Shown piece by piece: positions 1 to 9,837 of a stretch of 62,084 nt of DNA. The DNA is from Betaproteobacteria bacterium (GTDB taxonomy: Bacteria > Pseudomonadota > Gammaproteobacteria > Burkholderiales > SHXO01). The position numbers were made by a program, and so were the translations under genes. Each line of letters starts with the position of its first letter. The first letter of the stretch is position 1. A model generated the notes under the pieces. That model saw nothing but the letters and a program-made list of their open reading frames with translations, made no database searches and was not told the DNA's origin. The stretch lies in contig SHXO01000005.1 of the NCBI GenBank assembly GCA_009693245.1, positions 1 to 62,084 on the forward strand. The letters run 5' to 3'.

Positions 1-661
1 GGAGATGCATATAAGAGGGCATGGCGTACCCCAAAAGTTTTTGCAGGTAGATTTGCCGCGCGGAGGATTCCAGCAAGTCGGCGCCGCGCACGATGTGGGT
101 CATGGCGTAATCGCCGTCGTCCACGGCGGCGGCTAGTTGAAAGGAATAGACCGCGCCGCCGCGGTACAAAACGAAATCGCCTAGGTCGTGCTCGATATCT
201 CGCCGTTGCGGGCCTTGCAATTCGTCGAGGAATTCTATCGCGGGGCCGCGCGTGTCGAGGCGTAGCGCCCGCCCTCGCGCGGCGCAACCCGTGCGGCAGG
301 TGCCCGGATAGATGGGTCCCTCGGCACTGCTGCGTGCAATGCGCGCAATTTCCTTGCGAGTGCAAGCGCAGGCGTAGACCAAGCCTAATTGCCGTAGGCG
401 ATGGAGCGCGGCGTGATAGGCTGCCCGGCGCCGGCTTTGATGGATGACAGGCCCGTCCCACTGAAATCCGTAGCGTTCCAGGCAATGCAGAATCGCATCC
501 GCGGCACCTGGCTGAACGCGCGGGGGATCGATGTCGTCAATGCGCAGCCACCACTCGCCCGCGTGCCGTTTCGCTTCCAAGTAACTTCCCGTGGCGGCCA
601 CCAGAGAACCGAAGTGCAGGGGACCGGAGGGGGTGGGTGCGAACCGTCCCCGGTAGGTCAT
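1..661 (-). CDS. gluQ: glutamyl-Q tRNA(Asp) synthetase (N-terminal part; C-terminus runs off the window)
   Basis: My own reverse translation from the ATG at 661-659 gives MTYRGRFAPTPSGPLHFGSLVAATGSYLEAKRHAGEWWLRIDDIDPPR...THIVRGADLL. This has a class I aaRS HIGH-type motif and GluQRS-like sequence. It is missing from the ORF track because it is open at the window edge. Confidence 0.8.
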   Translation of the reverse strand, partial: MTYRGRFAPTPSGPLHFGSLVAATGSYLEAKRHAGEWWLRIDDIDPPRVQPGAADAILHCLERYGFQWDGPVIHQSRRRAAYHAALHRLRQLGLVYACACTRKEIARIARSSAEGPIYPGTCRTGCAARGRALRLDTRGPAIEFLDELQGPQRRDIEHDLGDFVLYRGGAVYSFQLAAAVDDGDYAMTHIVRGADLLESSARQIYLQKLLGYAMPSYMHL

Positions 662-1008
662 TGCGCTCTGAGCGAAGGGCGCGTGGCCTTGGCGTAGTAG
701 CCCGTACTCACGAGGAAGACCACGCAAAGCGCGGCTTCGATTGCCGCCAGCACATTGGATGGAAACGCGTCGGTCCACGCGCGAGTCAGACCTTCACCCA
801 GATACACGCATGCCAAGAGCGATGACCACTGGTAGGTATAGCGCCGCCCGTGCAGGATTCCCCGCAGGGGAAGGAGCAGGGGCAGCACCTTGAGTACGAG
901 CCAAGATCCGCCTGGCCGCATCGGCGCGAGCACAAGCTCCCATGCCACGAAGAGAGCAATCAAAGCGATCAATGTGACGCTGCTAACCCATTGCGCGGAA
1001 CGCATCAT
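658..1008 (-). CDS. small inner-membrane protein, DUF2069-like
   Basis: 116-aa ORF with 3-4 hydrophobic helices. It overlaps both neighbours by 4 nt. The sequence pattern (LKVLPLLLPLRGILHGRRYTYQW) recalls DUF2069. Confidence 0.55.
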   Translation of the reverse strand: MMRSAQWVSSVTLIALIALFVAWELVLAPMRPGGSWLVLKVLPLLLPLRGILHGRRYTYQWSSLLACVYLGEGLTRAWTDAFPSNVLAAIEAALCVVFLVSTGYYAKATRPSLRAQ

Positions 1009-1712
1009 TGCTCGCGGCAGTGATCCGCGAGGGCGACCAGCGCCTTGCGAGCTTCGCCCGGAGTCGTGACGGCGTTGGGAAATTCAAAGCGCAGCACGCG
1101 CTCATCCGCGCGTATGTCGAAGCCATCCTGGCCGATCCCAATCATACTTGCCGAGCGTGGCGTGTATCGATGGATGCGCCGGCAATAAAGCGTCATGGTG
1201 TCGTGGTGGTCAGAGTTCATGTGCTGCAAAATGTCCTCTTCGGCGTTGTCCAACGGCGTGGGGGGCGCCAGATAGGAATCTCCCCGCACCCAATGGATCC
1301 CGCCAAACCCTTCGATGAAACGTACCTGTAAGGGCTCGATGCGAAAGAACCTAAACCCGCCGATGGCCAGGCTGCGTTCGCCTTCCGGGTGGTAGCGCAA
1401 ATAACGCGTTTGCACTTCTTCGTGCGCGATGACGTGCGCGTGGCCTAGCAGGCTGGCGCGGCCATGGGTTTGCAAATCCGCGCCCGTTTCGGCCACCAGG
1501 AAGCTTACCTTGTCGTTCGCTTCGATGTTGTGGGTGTGTTCGGCCAAGTGGCTGATGAGAATCACCGGCCGCCCTAGGGCATCCGTCATGTGCGGTACCG
1601 CACTGCCATAGGGAAAGCCCGCGTGTTTCGCGGAGTGAGTGGACAGGACTCCGCTGAGATGCCGGCGAACAGTCTGGCGGGCGGCGCGGCCGTGAAACAC
1701 GTCAGCCCGCAT
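1005..1712 (-). CDS. HugZ / pyridoxamine 5'-phosphate oxidase-related FMN-binding family protein
   Basis: 235-aa ORF. N-terminal GVLSTHSAKHAGFPYGSAVP split-barrel signature, with a DUF2470-like C-terminal part. Confidence 0.6.
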   Translation of the reverse strand: MRADVFHGRAARQTVRRHLSGVLSTHSAKHAGFPYGSAVPHMTDALGRPVILISHLAEHTHNIEANDKVSFLVAETGADLQTHGRASLLGHAHVIAHEEVQTRYLRYHPEGERSLAIGGFRFFRIEPLQVRFIEGFGGIHWVRGDSYLAPPTPLDNAEEDILQHMNSDHHDTMTLYCRRIHRYTPRSASMIGIGQDGFDIRADERVLRFEFPNAVTTPGEARKALVALADHCREQ

Positions 1713-1955
1713 TTCTCACACGGGCGCGGGATGATGGCGCGCTCATTTCACGAATTAAGGCGAGACAGTTTTGGCTCGAACGTCTTGGCCGTATTGAACA
1801 TACGGCCAAGACGGGCATGCCGAAAATGGCCGGCATAAACGCGCCAGCACCCGCGCAGCCCTTTGCTATCCAGGAAATCGATATCGATTCAATGGTGAGC
1901 GTTGGACGAAGAATAATTGACTGCATATCGGGGCGGCTTGTGAGAAATGCGGGCT
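1704..1955. repeat. MITE-like segment bounded by perfect 17-bp inverted repeats
   Basis: AGCCCGCATTTCTCACA at 1704-1720 is the exact reverse complement of TGTGAGAAATGCGGGCT at 1939-1955. A perfect 13-bp-stem palindrome (CGTCTTGGCCGTA / TACGGCCAAGACG) lies inside at 1781-1813. Confidence 0.4.
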
Positions 1956-2072
1956 AAGTCACCACGCAGGGGCGCGCAGCGGATACACTGGACGCATTGG
2001 TATCGCCGCGAAGCGGAAAATACATGGAATTCCCAAGCTGAATATTGGCCGAAGATTATATAGAGTGCGCCC

Positions 2073-2537
2073 ATGAAGAAGATATTCCTCTGCTCGGTCC
2101 TGTCATTCCTCCTATCGTCCTTTCTTCCAGTTCTTTCGGCGGCACAAGGCTTCGTGTTGAAGGGCAGCGACGGGCGCGAGCTGCGTTTGGCGGATTTCAA
2201 GGGCAAATGGGTGGTGGTGAATTTTTGGGCGCCCTGGTGCCCGCCTTGTTTGGAGGAAATCCCTGACTTGGTGGACGCTTACGACGCAAGAAAGGATAAG
2301 GACTTGGTGGTGATCGGCGTGGCGCTGGATTACGAGGAGAAAAAAGAGGTACTGCGCTTGGCGGAATCGTTGATGGTGTCCTATCCCATCGTGCTTGACC
2401 AGCGCGCGGTCAAGACGCACTTTGGCGTCATCAAGGGATTGCCCACCACTTGGATTTACGACCCCAAGGGAAACCTTGCCAAGAAGTTCGTGGGGAGAAT
2501 TTCGCCGCGCCAATTGGCGGGAATCACCGGCGGATAG
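2073..2537 (+). CDS. TlpA-family periplasmic thiol:disulfide oxidoreductase
   Basis: 154 aa with an N-terminal signal peptide, a WAPWCPPC thioredoxin active site and a redoxin fold. Confidence 0.8.
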   Translation: MKKIFLCSVLSFLLSSFLPVLSAAQGFVLKGSDGRELRLADFKGKWVVVNFWAPWCPPCLEEIPDLVDAYDARKDKDLVVIGVALDYEEKKEVLRLAESLMVSYPIVLDQRAVKTHFGVIKGLPTTWIYDPKGNLAKKFVGRISPRQLAGITGG

Positions 2538-2546
2538 TGAAGAGAC

Positions 2547-3200
2547 TCAGGTCTCGCCCATGTACTTCACCGGCGGGCGGGGTTTCTCCTGTGCGCCTGG
2601 CTTATAGCTGTAGCGCAAGCGTTTCCATGCATTCATCACCAGATTGGGATATTCCATCTTCCCCAGGCTGCCGTTATAGCGGCCCAGGGCGCGCACCAGG
2701 TTGCCGCGTTCGATATCCAGGTAGTGGCGCAAGATGACGCAGCCGTAGCGCAAATTGGTGCGCATGTGGAAAAGGTTGTGTTGGGTTTCACCAATCACCT
2801 TGACCCAGAAGGGCATCACCTGCATGTATCCGCGCGCGCCCGCGCTCGATACGGCGTATTTGCGGAACTTGCTTTCCACGTCGATCACGCCTAATACCAA
2901 CTGCGGGTCCAACCCCGCGCGCTTGGCTTCGTATTGCACGCTCACCAGAAAATCTTCTCGGTAAGCCGCATCTGGCAAATATTTTTCCAGCCGTCGGGAC
3001 ATGTCGGCCAGCCAATGATGGGCTTGGGCTTCGGAATCGAAGACGAGCCTGGGGCTGGCTTGATCGGCGACCGTGCTGTGCAGATTGCCTTTGACGCTAT
3101 CCGATAAGGGTTCGTACTTCTGGTTGCCGCAGTGGCCGGCTGGCGCCGCGAATAATCCAATGATGAGCAGCCAGCGCCGTAGTCCTTTCTCAGCGAACAT
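2547..3200 (-). CDS. lytic transglycosylase (SLT domain)
   Basis: 217 aa with a signal or lipoprotein-like N-terminus. Catalytic region is [26 protein letters not shown]. Confidence 0.75.
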   Translation of the reverse strand: MFAEKGLRRWLLIIGLFAAPAGHCGNQKYEPLSDSVKGNLHSTVADQASPRLVFDSEAQAHHWLADMSRRLEKYLPDAAYREDFLVSVQYEAKRAGLDPQLVLGVIDVESKFRKYAVSSAGARGYMQVMPFWVKVIGETQHNLFHMRTNLRYGCVILRHYLDIERGNLVRALGRYNGSLGKMEYPNLVMNAWKRLRYSYKPGAQEKPRPPVKYMGET

Positions 3201-4890
3201 GCGCCTTCATGAACTCCACGGCTTGGCTCAATTCCACCGGTTGCGCCTTGGTTTCTCGCCGGCCTTGATATTCCACCTGGCCTTGCTTGAGCCCGCGTTC
3301 GCCCACGGTAATGCGATGGGGGATGCCGATCAGCTCCAGTTCCGCGAACATCACGCCGGGGCGCTCGTCGCGGTCATCTAGAAACACATCGTAACCGGCC
3401 TCGGTGAGTTCGTCGTACAGCCGGTCCGCCACTTTCTTTACTTCCACGCCGCGGCTATAGCCAATGGGTGCGATGGCAATTTGAAAGGGTGCTAGCGGAA
3501 GCGGCCAAGCGATGCCGCGCTCGTCGTTATTTTGTTCGATGGCCGCCGCCACGATGCGCGACACGCCGATGCCGTAGCAACCCATCTCCATGGCGCGGGT
3601 TTGCCCGGCCTCGTCGAGAAAAGTGCAACTCATGGCTTCGGAATACTTGGTGCGCAATTGGAAAATGTGGCCAACCTCGATGCCACGGCAAATGTCCAGA
3701 ACACCCTTGCCGTCCGGGCTCGGGTCGCCGGCTCCGGCATTGCGTATGTCCGCATATTCGCCCGGTTCCGGCAAATCGCGCCCGAAGTTGGCGCCGGTGA
3801 AATGAAAACCGTCTTCGTTGGCACCGCAGGCGAAATCGCTCATGGCTTGCGCCGATCGATCGGCCAGCACGGGGAGTTTGGCGCCCACCGGGCCGATGGA
3901 GCCGGGGCTGGCTTGGAGATGTTGCCGGATTTCCGCCTCGGAGGCGAAGCGAAAACCCGCGAGCCGCTTGGCCGTTTTCACTTCGTTCAGCATGTGATCG
4001 CCGCGTAGGAGCAGTAGGTGCGCTTGCCCGGCATCGCTGACGACCATCAGCGTTTTCAAGATGTCGCGCGGGGCAATTTTCAGCAGCGCGCTCACCTCCT
4101 CGATGGTGTGCGCCTTGGGCGTGGCGATTTTTTGCATGCTCGCGCTTGGCGCCGCGCGCGCGGTGGCGGGTACCAGGGCTTCCGCAAGTTCGACGTTGGC
4201 CGCGAAATCTGAGGTAGGACAAAAGGCAATGGCGTCCTCACCCGAATCGGCCAGGACGTGGAACTCGTGCGACCCGGATCCACCGATGGCGCCCGTATCA
4301 GCGGCCACGGCACGAAAGCCTAGGCCCAGGCGCTGAAAGATCCTCGTATAGGTGTCGTACATGTTGCGGTACTCGCGTTCCAATCCGGGGAAATCCGCAT
4401 GGAAGGAGTAACCGTCCTTCATGACGAACTCGCGCGCCCGCATGACTCCGAAGCGCGGGCGAATTTCGTCTCGAAACTTGGTTTGGATCTGATAAAAATG
4501 CACCGGCAGTTGCCGGTAACTCTTGATCTCGCGACGCGCGATGTCGGTGATGACTTCCTCGTGCGTGGGGCCGAAACAGTAATCGCGCTCATGCCGGTCC
4601 TTGATCTTGAGCATTTGCGGGCCGAACTTGTCCCAGCGCCCGGATTCTTGCCACAACTCCGCTGGCTGCACGGCAGGGAGAAACAGTTCCAGGGCGCCGC
4701 TACGATTCATCTCCTCGCGCACGATGTGCTCCACCTTTCGCAGCACACGCAATCCCAGGGGCATCCAGCTATAAAGCCCGCTGCCCAGCTTCTTGATCAA
4801 GCCCGCGCGCAGCATGAGCTTGTGGCTGGTGGTTTCCGCCTCGGAAGGGGCTTCCTTGAGGGTGGAGAGAAAGAATCGCGATGCGCGCAT
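3190..4890 (-). CDS. proS: proline--tRNA ligase
   Basis: The conserved N-terminus [19 protein letters not shown] starts at the ATG at 4890. The ORF-track start at 5094 is an upstream extension. Class II aaRS motifs and the anticodon-binding C-terminus are present. Confidence 0.95.
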   Translation of the reverse strand: MRASRFFLSTLKEAPSEAETTSHKLMLRAGLIKKLGSGLYSWMPLGLRVLRKVEHIVREEMNRSGALELFLPAVQPAELWQESGRWDKFGPQMLKIKDRHERDYCFGPTHEEVITDIARREIKSYRQLPVHFYQIQTKFRDEIRPRFGVMRAREFVMKDGYSFHADFPGLEREYRNMYDTYTRIFQRLGLGFRAVAADTGAIGGSGSHEFHVLADSGEDAIAFCPTSDFAANVELAEALVPATARAAPSASMQKIATPKAHTIEEVSALLKIAPRDILKTLMVVSDAGQAHLLLLRGDHMLNEVKTAKRLAGFRFASEAEIRQHLQASPGSIGPVGAKLPVLADRSAQAMSDFACGANEDGFHFTGANFGRDLPEPGEYADIRNAGAGDPSPDGKGVLDICRGIEVGHIFQLRTKYSEAMSCTFLDEAGQTRAMEMGCYGIGVSRIVAAAIEQNNDERGIAWPLPLAPFQIAIAPIGYSRGVEVKKVADRLYDELTEAGYDVFLDDRDERPGVMFAELELIGIPHRITVGERGLKQGQVEYQGRRETKAQPVELSQAVEFMKAHVR

Positions 4891-4920
4891 GAAGTTTCCT
4901 GAAAAAGCCCGTATCTTACA

Positions 4921-5739
4921 ATGCGCTCTAGGGAAACTTGGGAGACCGGGATGAAGTGGATGGGGCGCCGGTCGCGCTGGAGACAAGACGAGGAGCAATT
5001 GCAACTCGACGTGAGCGAGAGCGCGGGAGTGCGTTATTTGCATTTGGGCAGCCCGACGGTGCAAAGTGCCATGCGCATTGGCCAGCCAGATCACTTGATG
5101 CTGGCCTATACCCGAACCGCCATGTCCTTCCTCCTGTTCAAACCCGAGCCCGCGCAGGTGGTGACCATTGGGCTAGGAGGCGGTTCCATGCAAAAGTGGC
5201 TGCTCCGCCGCTTGCCCAAGACGCATATTCACGCCGTCGAGCTGCATGAGGAAGTGGTGCGCGCCGCCCAGCAATATTTCGAGGTCCCCGCCAACGACGA
5301 ACGCTTGCGGATTATCGTGGGCGATGGAGCGCCTTGGATCAACACCAGAGCGGACTACGCCGACGTGCTCATGGTGGATGGCTACGACGGGCGCTCGCAG
5401 TCCGAATCCGTATGCAGCGAAATTTTCTACCGCGATGCCCTCGCGCACCTCAAGGACGATGGAATTCTGGTGGTCAATCTGTGGGGCAGCGACCGCCGCT
5501 ACGACGAATACGTGGCGCGCATCGAAGCCGCTTTCGACTCTCGCGTGCTACGAGTGCCCGCCCTCGAGAAGGGCAACGTGATCGTGCTGGCCTTCCGCAG
5601 GCCTCCTCACCCCACCGCTTGGGACGTTCTCTCCGAGCGGGCCAAGGAACTTGAAGCCAAGCACCAACTGGAATTCACCCAATTCCTGACCATGTTCCGG
5701 CGGCTGAATTTGCATACCGAGAAGAGGTTGTTGGTGTAG
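4921..5739 (+). CDS. spermidine-synthase-like SAM-dependent methyltransferase fold protein
   Basis: 272 aa with GLGGGSM and VDGYD motifs typical of the PABS/spermidine synthase family. The start codon is uncertain. Confidence 0.6.
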   Translation: MRSRETWETGMKWMGRRSRWRQDEEQLQLDVSESAGVRYLHLGSPTVQSAMRIGQPDHLMLAYTRTAMSFLLFKPEPAQVVTIGLGGGSMQKWLLRRLPKTHIHAVELHEEVVRAAQQYFEVPANDERLRIIVGDGAPWINTRADYADVLMVDGYDGRSQSESVCSEIFYRDALAHLKDDGILVVNLWGSDRRYDEYVARIEAAFDSRVLRVPALEKGNVIVLAFRRPPHPTAWDVLSERAKELEAKHQLEFTQFLTMFRRLNLHTEKRLLV

Positions 5740-6000
5740 TTGAGCTTGTGGCTGATCTTCGCCATCGTTGCCCGGTCTTTGGTCGAATTTTTAAGTGGAC
5801 TCGGAGAATGGCTGGCGCCGTCAGTCCGAAGAAACGGGCGGCGCACCATTCAAATCCCCCCCGATCAACCGAAACTGCTCCAGCGCCGCCTCCAGGTCAT
5901 CGACGATCTCCTGCGCGATCACCTCGGGGGGCGGCAGATTGTCGGAGTCGGCGAGACTGTCGTCCTCCAACCAGAAGATATCGAGGCTCGCCTTGTAGTT

Positions 6001-6046
6001 CCGGCCGCCGCTTTGCGCCTTAACCTAGGCTTCGCCGAGGTTAGCC
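6001..6046 (-). repeat. 46-nt palindromic element, copy 1 (inserted in hsdM)
   Basis: The reverse complement reads GGCTAACCTCGGCGAAGCCTAGGTTAAGGCGCAAAGCGGCGGCCGG. By hand alignment it is about 80% identical to the plus-strand copy at 6564-6609. Confidence 0.6.
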
Positions 6047-6115
6047 TGCACTGAAACTTCGTTTTCGCGAGCGACGAGCTCGTCGTAGTCGTACACGCGC
6101 CAGCGTCCATTTACT

Positions 6116-6153
6116 CCCTCGCCCGCATCAGCGGGAGAGGGTTGGGGTGAGGG
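6116..6153. repeat. REP-like GC-rich hairpin element (CCCTCACCCC...CTCTCCCGC...GCGGGCGAGGG family), in frame within hsdM
   Basis: Same family as the two inverted copies at 11197-11275. It adds the residues PSPQPSPADAGEG to the HsdM reading frame. Confidence 0.55.
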
Positions 6154-6563
6154 TGCCTTTTCGTCAGTCCACGTCGGCGCACGGTCGTGGCGCCGGGCCG
6201 GGTTGTATAGGCGCACGAACTCCTCCAGGTCCTCGCGCTTCATCGGACTGGTCTTCAGCGTGAAGTGCTTGTTCGTGCGCAGGTCGTAGATCCAGAGCTT
6301 CTTCGTCCACGGCGTTTCGCTCGCGGGCTTCTTGTCGAAGAAAAGCACGTTCGCTTTCACCCCTTGCGCGTAGAAGAGGCCCGTGGGCAGGCGCAGCAGC
6401 GTGTGCACCTCGCACTCATGCAGCAGCTTCCTGCGGATCGTTTCACCCGCGCCGCCTTCGAAGGGCACGCGCATTTACGTAACTGAGCGGCACCACCACC
6501 GCCGCGCGGCCGTGGGGCTTCAACAGCGTCTTGATGTGCCGCACACAACGAAGTTGTGGCGGA

Positions 6564-6609
6564 GGCTAACGTGAGCGCAGCGAACGTTAAGGCGCGAAGC
6601 GCCGGCCGG
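6564..6609 (+). repeat. 46-nt palindromic element, copy 2 (inserted in hsdM, opposite orientation)
   Basis: GGCTAACGTGAGCGCAGCGAACGTTAAGGCGCGAAGCGCCGGCCGG. The TAACGT/ACGTTA stem corresponds to TAACCT/AGGTTA in copy 1, a compensatory pair change. Confidence 0.6.
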
Positions 6610-7663
6610 AGCCAAAGTTCAACTGCTTGTTCGAGGTCGTGGCCAAGAAATCGTCGCGCTCGATGATATCCTTCTCGGTCGTCGCCCGGCCGTCCTCGCC
6701 GAGGATCATCGTGCTCGACTTTTTCCCGAACGGCGGATTCGCGAGCACCACCTCGAAGCGCTTCCCAGGATCGGCTGCCAGCGCGCCGGATACCTTGATC
6801 GGCACGCTCTTCTCCGAGCCCGCATTTTGCAAAATGAGCGTGCAGCAGCAGATTCATCGCGCACACCCGCGCCGTGCCCTGCACCAGATCCCAACCGCGG
6901 AAAGCACTCTCCTTCAACTGGCGCTTCTCCTCGCGCGTGAGGTTCGGGTAGTGCTGCGCGATGTAGTTGTGCGCCGTGAAAAGAAAACCGCCCGTGCCGC
7001 AGGCCGGGTCGCACACCGACTCGCCGGGCTTGGGCGCGATCGCGTCCACCATCGCCTGGATCAGCGCGCGCGGCGTGAAATACTGGCCCGCACCCGACTT
7101 CGTGTCCTGCGCGTTCTTCTCCAGCAGGCCCTCGTAAGCGTCGCCCTTCACATCCGCGCCCATCGACGACCAGTCCTCCTCGTTGATGAGGTCGACGATC
7201 ACGCGCCGCAGCTTGGCCGGGTCCTGACAATCTCCACTGGAGATAAGACGCCCGCAGGGTGAGCATCGCCATAAGGCGAGGCGAATCAAACTTGTTCTGC
7301 GCCTTGTTGAAAATCAGCCCGAGGGGGCCCTTGCCGCTGCCCAACCGCTCGAGCGCATGGCGATAGTGGTCGAACAACTCGTCGCCGTCCTTCGCGAGGA
7401 GCGACGGCCATGCGTACTGCGCGGGAATCAGGCTCGTCTGGTTGTAGGGCGGCTTCGATCGCTCGTCGGCCATTTTGAGGAACAGCAGATAGGTGAGTTG
7501 ATCAGAGCCTGTCCTGAGCGAAGCCGAAGGATAATCGCCATAGGACATGCCGTCATCACGAAGCACATTGCAGTAATTCCAGAGCTTCTGGACGAGTGTT
7601 GCGGAGTTCATTTATTCGTCGTCGCGTAGGGTAAGCGTGGGTTTCTCGTGGGCGCCTGCGCTC

Positions 7664-8371
7664 TCATTTCCGCCAGCTTGCCAACAGGCCACCCAGCATG
7701 GCGGTCAGCAGCGCACGCGCATGATCGGGCTCGGCATGGTACATCTCAGCCGGAAGAAGAGCCGGTGTATGCGAGCTTGCTTGCTCCGAAAGTAGCCCGG
7801 CCACGCGCTCGATGCCTTTCTCGCCGAGCAATGTCCTCACATCGTGACCCAGCGTACGCGCACCTGCAAGCCCATAATCGAAAGCTTCTTCCCGCGTCCA
7901 GCCCACAAACTCGTCGAATAGGCGCGCCTCATTTCCAGCGCCCAAGTAGTTTCCGAGGATCAGTATAAGGTCGTGCGCATCCTTGCGCGGTGATTGGTAG
8001 TGACGGTCCTTCCAGCAAACGATCTTGAGCAACGCAAGCGCCGGCAAGGAGACCACATGCGTCCGGATATCGCCCGGGAGCCGGGTTTCGAGTGCCGTAG
8101 CCAGCGCCTCCCGAAAACCAAAGACATTCATTACCTGCTCTCCGCTCGGGGGCCAAGCAATGGTTCTTTCGGGTGTCTCTACGTTGCCGAACGGTACGAG
8201 ATCAACAGGCAAGTCGATCTGGTGTCGTAGCCGGTGCGCGGCCGCCGAGAGATCGGTGAACTTGCCTGAAGCAATCAAGCGCTGTCGCAGCGTCTCGAAC
8301 GCCGCCCAGTCTGGTACCGCGAACGCGAAATCCAGATCTTCGGTCTCGCGCCGGGTAGCGATGCCGTGTGC
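7664..8371 (-). pseudogene. nucleotidyltransferase-fold protein lacking its N-terminus (deletion-fusion remnant)
   Basis: Sensible sequence starts only at HGIATRRETEDLDFAFAV (a G...DxD minimal NTase motif). It continues as VDLVPFG...LKIVCWKDRHYQSPRKDAHDLILIL. Upstream residues of the 330-aa ORF are an out-of-frame reading of the peptidase gene. Confidence 0.45.
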
Positions 8372-8916
8372 GTGGTCTCGTGCACCACGATATCGTGCGA
8401 CAGGCAGGTATAAATGTTGTTCTTGCCGCGACCCGGAAAGTACCCGAACACCAGCCCTTCGTCGCGCCGGCTGTAGGAAGCGTTGGCGTCCATCAGCCCG
8501 TTGGGTGCCACCTTGAGTTGATGAACCTTGAAGGACCAACCCACCCGGCGTCCAAGCGCGAACTCGAAACGCGAGAGGGTTTTCATCACCAGCGCGTACG
8601 TATTCTGGGCGTGGAACCGGAAATCGGCCACGATCTTCGGATCGCCTGCCGCCCACGCCTTCGGCTCATCCTCTTGCGAATCGGGAAGCGAGTGGGAACC
8701 ATAAAAGCGACAGGCGCTTGCATCGTAGTCCACCACCTGCACGCGGTAGCCGATGGGCCCCGGCATCAAGTCCTCCGCGGGCACGTCGATCGTCGCCATG
8801 AGGATGCGATTGGCCGGCCGGCGGACGCTCGGATCCTGCGCAACCACCGTCATGCGCCTTGTCGCTGGCAGCGACATCTTGCCGTCTGTTTGGCGGCTCC
8901 GTCGTGGTTCGAACAT
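8366..8916 (-). pseudogene. N-terminal fragment of an HExxH metallopeptidase-like protein
   Basis: ATG at 8916 is preceded by GGAGG. The sequence runs to SHDIVVHETTH, then the frame breaks at about 8370 and joins the NTase frame. The C-terminal remainder is absent. Confidence 0.45.
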
Positions 8917-9190
8917 CTGTACCTCCCCACAATTCAGCAATTCATGCGAATCTACTCTTGCGACTCCCAAGTTTCCACCTTCGCGCAACCAGGTCCTCTT
9001 GGGCGCACTCCTTACCACGCGTTCTGCTCAACCAATGGTGGCACGAGCATCCAGAGGAATAGAGAATCTCAGAATCAGACTCTATACTAAGCGGGAGCCC
9101 ATTAGGCCTCACGCGGTTCCAGAACTTTCTGTCGCACGCGGCCAATTACCCGCAACAACCAAGCGGTTGTGTGCGATTAATTTCGGAACT

Positions 9191-9829
9191 CTAGACCTCG
9201 TCCTTGCTTGCGTAGACAATCACCGAAAGCATGTGGATGGGTGTTTGAACCAAGCGCTCTGGGCCGTGCGGGACATCGCCGCGAAAGGATAGGGAATCTC
9301 CCGGTGCGAGCATATAGGTTTGGCGGCCGTGGCGGTATTCGATCTTGCCTTTCAGGATGTAGATGAACTCGGTGCCGGGGTGCTCGAAGCTGGGGAACAC
9401 TTCGCTCGCGTCGTCCATGGTGATGAGAAAGGGCTCGAAACTCTTTCGCGGGCCTTTGTCGTAGGCGAGCAAGTGGTAAGTGTGGCCGCGCTTGGTGCCG
9501 CGGCGCACGACTTCCATGCCTTGGTTTGCTTTTACCAATTGCGCGCCGCCCGCGGGCGCATCGAAATCGCGAAACAGTTGCGACAGAGAAACGCCTAGCG
9601 CACCCGCGATGCGCGTCAAGGTATCGAGGCTGGTGGCGGCTTGCCCGTTCTCGATCTTCGATAGCATGCCACTGCTGATACCAGCTTGCGAGGCGACGTC
9701 GGCCAGCGTGAGATCGTTCTTGCGCCGCGATTCCCTGACTGTGTGGCCAATATATCGGTCAAGCGAACGGCTCGTGTCCTCGGCGGGCAGCGAGGGTGAT
9801 GCTGTGGGATTTTTGGGCGGTTTTTTCAA
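9191..9829 (-). CDS. XRE-family HTH transcriptional regulator with C-terminal cupin domain
   Basis: HTH region LTLADVASQAGISSGMLSKIENGQ. Cupin region HPGTEFIYILKGKIEY...GDSLSF. The likely start is the TTG at 9829, because the ORF-track ATG at 9901 overlaps the upstream gene. Confidence 0.75.
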   Translation of the reverse strand: MKKPPKNPTASPSLPAEDTSRSLDRYIGHTVRESRRKNDLTLADVASQAGISSGMLSKIENGQAATSLDTLTRIAGALGVSLSQLFRDFDAPAGGAQLVKANQGMEVVRRGTKRGHTYHLLAYDKGPRKSFEPFLITMDDASEVFPSFEHPGTEFIYILKGKIEYRHGRQTYMLAPGDSLSFRGDVPHGPERLVQTPIHMLSVIVYASKDEV

Positions 9830-9837
9830 AACGAAGT

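Larger units (their letters stand above)
5821..7611 (-). pseudogene. hsdM: type I restriction-modification methyltransferase HsdM, multiply disrupted
   Basis: HsdM sequence is spread over three or more frames. N-terminus: MNSATLVQKLWNYCNVLRDDGMSYGDY...QLTYLLFLKMADE. SAM site: DPACGTGGF. Catalytic motif: NPPFG. C-terminus: ASLDIFWLEDDSLADSDNLPPPEVIAQEIVDDLEAALEQF. It is interrupted by at least one 1-nt frameshift, several small insertions and an in-frame TAG at 6025-6027. No hsdS or hsdR is adjacent. Confidence 0.8.

Noticed and set aside
401-697. Plus-strand ORFs at 401-697 and 637-825
   Set aside because: They are antisense to the clearly homologous gluQ and DUF2069-like genes.
4891-5094. 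N-terminal extensions suggested by the ORF track for proS, and likewise for hemH (27871-28041), fur, recN, dapB, greA, the GMC oxidoreductase, the aldolase and the DUF4139 gene
   Set aside because: The conserved protein N-termini begin at internal starts with plausible RBSs. The extensions overlap neighbouring genes or encode non-homologous sequence.
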